Source: Bigelowiella natans CCMP2755 (Eukaryota > Protista > Cercozoa). From it: a stretch of 42,447 bases of DNA. Under the pieces are notes generated by a model. The model was not told the DNA's origin, made no database searches, and worked only from the letters and a program-made list of their open reading frames with translations. The DNA lies in contig ADNK01001696.1 of the NCBI GenBank assembly GCA_000320545.1, positions 1 to 42,447 on the forward strand. Direction: 5' to 3'. Positions 36,497 through 42,447 of the stretch are shown piece by piece (positions within the stretch are counted from its first letter, which is position 1; every line of letters begins with the position of its first letter). Made by a program: the position numbers and the translations under genes.

Positions 36497-37677
36497 GACT
36501 ATGCTAGAGAATACCACCCTGTTGATATCTTATGTGAAAATCACGCTGGCAAATTATGCGTTCTCATTGAATAAAAAAGTCACCAGATGCTGCAGATTCG
36601 AATGTTTTTGTCTTATACCCCCCTTCTCCCCCCTCCTAACCCTTAATTTTCTATCTCGTCGACATCATTAGATCGATCCGGTGGACGCTCGGGCTCTCGA
36701 AAAGAAAGGCTACCGCAGAGGGCCTTCAAGAACTTATGAGCAGGCGCAAGGAGCAACGTGCAAACTATCTAAAGATGGCCAGGGAGCTCGACCCCCACCA
36801 AAGTGAACCGCTACTGTCCGTAAAAGTCAAAGGAAAAGAGGCTGCCAGCGGGGAGGATGGTGATCCAAATGCAGAGCTGAAGCGCAGTATAAAGAAAGAC
36901 GTAGAAAGGCAATGAGAATATCAAATGACACGAAAAATACCCGTAAACGCGTAAACAACCGATTTGTTTATGTGATGAGGCTGACTGCTTTTGGGTGATG
37001 TGCACACTTAAATAGGACATACCAAGATATGGAATTCTTCAACTCAAAGACTGCCAAAAGCATTCTCAGTCGTATCCTGGTGGGAGATTCTTCATATCTT
37101 CGTCTCTTCCCTTACTTTGCCTCTCCCAACGTTCTAGAGCAGAATTACCTCGATTCTTCTGACTCTGCCCCTTTTTTAACCCATCTGATTGTTTGACTTC
37201 TCATCCTGCTTGCCGCTTTCAGCTTGTCTGGTGCTGCAAATGCGGGGCTATGGGTTATAGGTGACTGATATGTGTGATAACGACGCTGGCGATAGTGGAT
37301 GAGGATGATGATGATGATGACGATGATGATGATAGTGATAGTGCCAGTGATGCAACTTATATCAATTTTCTAATTCATATTTTATTCTCGAACGGTGAGC
37401 AGACAAGGGATGAACGAGCTACTTGCGGTGTGCATCATGGCCGTCAAAATGGACGCCGACAAGTGCCGGGATCTGGACAAGAACAAGAAGAATGGGAAGC
37501 CCCAAAACAACGATACCAAGGAAAATGGTGGCGAGGAGAATCTCCATCTTTCCGAGAAAGCGACTCGAGTGCGCGCGGAGACGAGGGACTTTTTGATCAT
37601 TCCTGAGGGGTTGTGTGACCCTTCGCCTCGAATGGTTGAGGCCGATGCTTTCTCACTGTTTAGGTAAGAGATCTGCA

Positions 37678-37774
<97 letters not shown>

Positions 37775-38886
37775 CATGATGTGGTTATTCTCTTTCCAGA
37801 TTACTCATGCAGAAGATGTCGCCGCTCTACCACTCGCATGCCCGAGATGGGAGAAGTTTCGATAAAGCAGCCCCGGAAGATGGGGGGGGAGACGGAGGGA
37901 AATCAGGAGGGGGCGCTCCAAAGAAGCAGCCTCACTATAGCAGCAGTAGCAGCAGCAGTAGCAGTGAGAAGAAGTCGGAGGGTGGAATAGGCAGGTATTA
38001 TGAAGTGGATTTAAGCTTAACAAAATTTGATTTGTTACCTGGCATGATGATAAAGATTTATATGCTGCGGAATCATGGTACACTGTAGAACTTACGTCCT
38101 CCCCCCCTCCCGCACCCGCCCGCACTCCTTTATCCAGTGGTAGCTTAAAGACTCCGTTGGACAGGCACGTGTATCGAGTACATCATGTCATGCTTCGGAG
38201 GTAGCTTGCTGCTTTTCGCAACCCTTTTTTCTTCTTCCTCCTCTTCCCTATTGACGTTGTAATCACTATCTGCATCATCATCGTCATCGTCATCGTCATC
38301 GTCATCATCATCATCATCAGACTTGATCCAAAGCTGTACTTCCGATTGGAGGGTTTCGGGGTGCTGCCGCAGTTGTACATGCTACGATGGCTGAGGCTGC
38401 TATTTGCACGTGAAACCGCCCAGCTGAACCAACTCATGGTAGTTGAGACAAGAGGGGAGGGGAGGGGGAAGAGGAACTATCCTCTTTAAGACAATATACC
38501 CACCACTTTGCTGCCTATTCTCCCCCTTCTTCGCACTACCAGGTGTTGTTGGACGCTTTTCTTGGAGACTCTAATGGATTTGACCTCATCGATTACGTAA
38601 TAAGATCACATCAAAACAGCCAGTGCTCCCCAAGTGCCAACTTTATTTTGTTCGGGGAGAGGGGGGGGGGGGGTTCGGCTCTGCAATATGCTTTCCATTG
38701 AGTTGGCGTCTGAACGGCCTTTGACTAGCATTGAAGCATAGATTCTGTTGCGATGGTTGCATCATGTCTTGCAATGCTGCAACCTCTGATCAGGTTTGCC
38801 TGGCCATGATTGCTGGGATGCGGGAATCATTGCTTAAGCTCGGAGCAGACCCATCGTACATTTCCACCACCATCACCACCATCATA

Positions 38887-38923
<37 letters not shown>

Positions 38924-39953
38924 ATCACACACATAATCACACACGCACGCGCGCGCGCATATGCTTTCCCCCGCTCAGCTTTGTCCTGACCACGTTGCTG
39001 CGACGAGGAGCCATCAAGAACGCGAAGGCCTTGGTACTTACCAGTGAGAAGAGGAGGGGGGGGGTTGGATGCATTGAATGAATAAATGGGTTATTATGAG
39101 GGTAATGATGTTGATGGTGATAAAAATACGGGTAGCAGAGATACGCATCCTAGCGATGAAAATTGAGAAATTTAGGAAAGAATATAAGCCAGTTGTACGA
39201 TCATCTTCGCTGTGATTCTTGGAATCATGATCCCCCCCCTTCCCCCCCTCTCCCCCCAAAAAATCTGTATTGCTTTCCTCTATTGTACTGCACGTGAATA
39301 ACCCTCCCGCTCTCCTGTCGTCGTTGCTATCCTCGCCACCAGATACACGCAGCGCAGGTGCTGAAGGAGGACAAATTATTGACCAGGCCTGCTCCTGCGA
39401 AGATGCAGGTATGAGCGTTCATACTAGGGAAAGAAGCACCGGATATCACAATCCATCACTCTGCTATGATAGGAATGGCGGGTTGTGCAGTTGCATGCCA
39501 CTCTCCGCAAGTCGTAAGACAAGATTTTATGGTGATTTCCCGTGATTATAGGTATATAATTCACCGCTTCAAGGCAATGGCAACCGCCTCGGATTAGGTG
39601 CGTTCAAAAACGTCGATGGTTTTTTGCCAAGGCAGCACAGCTTTCTCAGCCTTTCTCTCAGCTGTCTTGATGCAGATTCAATATGCGTGCTGATTGTTGC
39701 TTTTTGGTCGCTATGATGCCGAAATCAACGCAGGGTCAAAGCCAGGTCATTTGGAGATCAAAAGAACCCCTATGGAAGGGTAGTAGGACATTGCACTCGA
39801 TGATGATCATCCACACCTTTCCCCGTCTCTTTTGCTGCTGTTTTCGCACGTTTCCCCCGACTTTTGCAATGCCGAGTCAACAATTATTCGTGAGAGTGTG
39901 GGAGAATCATCATGAATTGTTTCAGTTAAAAACATAAATATATATACAAAATT

Positions 39954-39994
<41 letters not shown>

Positions 39995-40062
39995 TCTTCA
40001 CTATTTCTTACACACACACACACACAACACAAACACACAACACATAAATACACAACTTTATA

Positions 40063-40103
<41 letters not shown>

Positions 40104-41480
40104 GAAGCCATATGTTTATTTGTTCGGTTAGATATGTTGTCGGGGTGAAATCGCAAACGCTGTACTGGTGCGTGTTGGATGGTCCAAGACTGCTGTGGTA
40201 ATTATACGCAAAACACACACGCACACGCACACGCACACACACACACAAAAGCACACACACACCTCCCTTGAAAAACCAAACCAAAACAATGAAAAATATC
40301 CTTTGAGAATACTACCGATCATGCCAATCACCTACTCACCAACGCCACCATTATTTAACTGCTAATATCTGCATCACCAGGTATGCTGAGCCGACACGCC
40401 GCACCACCGTTGCCCAGACATGGTCAGCTGATTACCAAAAATGGGGGGGGGAGAGGAAGGAAGAGGAGGGAAACATGCCGTAAGGCGTAGGCGTTCTTGT
40501 TTGCATGATAGTTAAGATGCAATAAGCACGATATTACCGTGAATGTTAAGCAGTTGGTGCCCTGGTATTATCTAAGAGAGAAGATGACCATGATGACACT
40601 TTTGTGGGTGCTTTTGTATTCTCATCGCATTCTAAGGACAACTCGACTCATATATTTGCTGATGACTCCACGTTCTTTTACGCACACACTCACACACACA
40701 CACACACACGCACGTACACACACGCGGCGACGTTACCTCTGCGGCTGGCATGCATGATATGTTGTAGGCTGGATGGTTGTCGCATCATCGGCCTTGGAAA
40801 TGGGGTATTAGAGATACAGGTAATCACGCCATTTGTTGCCTTTCTTGGGGGGGGGTTAGATCCTATCAATGATGTCGATTCTTCAACCGCCCAATTCTCT
40901 TTTAATGCAAGAGTCGTTTCGTGAGCCGTATTGTCATGACGTACTGTGCTTTCTCAGTCTCCCTCCTCACCGGCCACTTCGACGTCAGCCATTGCAAAGA
41001 AAGTAGCATCTGGTGACGAGGTAGCAGCAAATCGGCTGGGTTGTAGTCCCCTCTTCGGCGTTGATTTGCCTGTACCTCTTTCCTGTCTTTCCTTCGTCGA
41101 TGCCGACACAACCCAAGCTTGTGTGCGCGCGTGTGTGTGTGTGTGTGTGTGTGTGTACTTTAAAACTTGCACGTGCTTGATTGCTTGCCTTCCCAATGCG
41201 ATATTTGCTTGTTACGCTGCGTCGATTCTAGTCTGAGGAGGAGACGGTGCAGAATGCCCCTCCATTGCACACAAGCGACGGCGTTGATGCCGGGGGAGAG
41301 AAAGAGGAAGGGGAGACAGAAGAAGAGAAGAAAGAGGAAGGACTCGCAGGTAACAATCTGCCTATACTTCCCAATAATAGCCCCCTCCTTCTCCCCCGCT
41401 CCGCTTATCATGGTAGAAGCTTTGATGAGGAATAAGAATGAAATGAATAATCGAATGTACAATCAAAGAACCCATCGTTT

Positions 41481-41518
<38 letters not shown>

Positions 41519-42016
41519 ACGGTTGCCTCTTCTTCTTCTTTTTCTTCTTCTTCAACTACTTCTACTACTACCACTAATACTACTACAGCTGCTGCCAATG
41601 CTCCAAATAATCGTACTGCTACCGATGCCTCGAACGCTGAGGTCGATGTGCACCTGACTCCGGTAGCCCAAGGAACAACTGTACTCTCTTTAACGTTTCT
41701 TGCATTATTTTTGTCGACACATCCACTCACTACTATTCGGATGCGCTTGTTGTTTATGTTGTGGCCTGAACAGGCTTTATGTGTTGTGGACAACACCGCA
41801 CCCCCCGCACCCGCCGCCCCCACCAAGGTCGTAGTAGCTGTCCCAGCAGTGCAGAGAGAGGGGGGGGGCGGCGATGGGAGCAGCGATGACGTTTCTAAAG
41901 GGAAAGATGTAGTCGCAGCAGCTTCTTCGCCACCCGTCCGTATGTCTGTGCGGTTGGAGGTGAAGGATGAGATGCAATACCAGCAATGGCTTCAATGCCT
42001 TAAAGAGGTAATGTGA
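36028..42016 (+). CDS. TBC-domain Rab GTPase-activating protein (TBC1D5-like) with C-terminal split PH-like domain
   Basis: Spliced: PR|SIRW, ELKRSIKKDVER|TYQDMEFF (IxxDxxR Arg finger), RIL|LVW...GYR|QGMNELLA (YxQ Gln finger), EADAFSLF, LDPKLYFRLEGFGVLPQLYMLRWLRLLFARE, LLDAFL...LIDY|VCLAMI. C-terminal part: KPGHLEIK...YVV..QTLYW|YAE...LDGCRI...LEIQ...VRLEVKDEMQYQQWLQCLKEVM*. The start codon is approximate. Confidence 0.88.
36452..36496. repeat. (ACT)n intronic microsatellite
   Basis: Directly visible. Confidence 0.95.
37678..37772. repeat. Compound (GAT)n-(CT)n-(GT)n microsatellite filling most of a TBC-gene intron
   Basis: Directly visible between the donor at ~37663 and the acceptor at ~37799. 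Confidence 0.95.
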
Positions 42017-42111
42017 TATTGATGATGCTGATGATCATAACCATCACCATGATGTGGATGGTGATGATGTTGATATGATGATGATGAGAAGTTGCAAAAA
42101 AAAAAGACGGA

Positions 42112-42447
42112 TTAAGAGAGAAACCAAAGCGTGTTGTCGAGCAACTGGGCTTGAAGCCAGCCAATAGTGTCCCCCCCCCCCTCCCCCCCTACCCTCTTCT
42201 TGTACCGTGAAACGATTGTGTTGTCCCAAACGCCCATCGACGGCGAGAACGTCAGTGGTTTTCTTTGCTTCGAAGGCCGAGGGCATTGTACTTTTTATGG
42301 CGTGAGAAGTGAAGTAGAAAACCAATGTGTGTAGCGAGCAGCACGATTTAGTTTTCTTTTCCTGCATATCTAAGAAATACTTGTCACTCCCCCCCCCCTC
42401 CGAACCCTCTGGTGCCTACTGACGATTTTTATAGGCAACGATGTATA
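42112..42447 (-). CDS. Possible 3' terminal exons of an unknown gene entering from beyond the window
   Basis: An exon at ~42290-42206 (TMPSAFEAKKTTDVLAVDGRLGQHNRFT|gtac) joins in phase to cag|LLDNTLWFLS* (stop 42112-42114). No homology recognised. Confidence 0.35.

Noticed and set aside
1-42447. CRISPR arrays, tRNA/rRNA genes, intact transposase or reverse transcriptase, viral insertions
   Set aside because: None recognisable by eye. tRNAscan-SE, Infernal and RepeatModeler were not run.

Overview
Intron-rich nuclear DNA of a unicellular eukaryote (roughly mid-40s % GC, short GT-AG introns, many intronic microsatellites). It resembles a chlorarachniophyte/cercozoan-type genome, but that is inference only. 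The ORF track is mostly uninformative because the genes are split into small exons, so I assembled them by hand. In order: a MUS81-like ERCC4 nuclease with a SAP domain (-, truncated by the window start), ketopantoate reductase (+), an unknown gene (+), RPL34 (-), CDC50/LEM3 (+), a 10.3-kb secreted modular gene (+), a CRT-like transporter (-), an Atg29-N-like gene (+), a SAP/SH3b/SH3/WW/WW scaffold (-), a TBC1D5-like Rab-GAP with a split PH domain (+), and a possible 3' gene end (-). Two signals stand out. (1) The secreted gene at 12973-23249 is invisible to the ORF track. It starts with a signal peptide followed by His1, carries a full His-brace, LPMO-like domain, and is followed by four putative carbohydrate-binding modules. 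(2) Intergenic islands downstream of gene 3' ends have lost almost all TpA except inside CTAG, while CpG is kept. This suggests a context-specific, RIP-inverse mutational or modification process.
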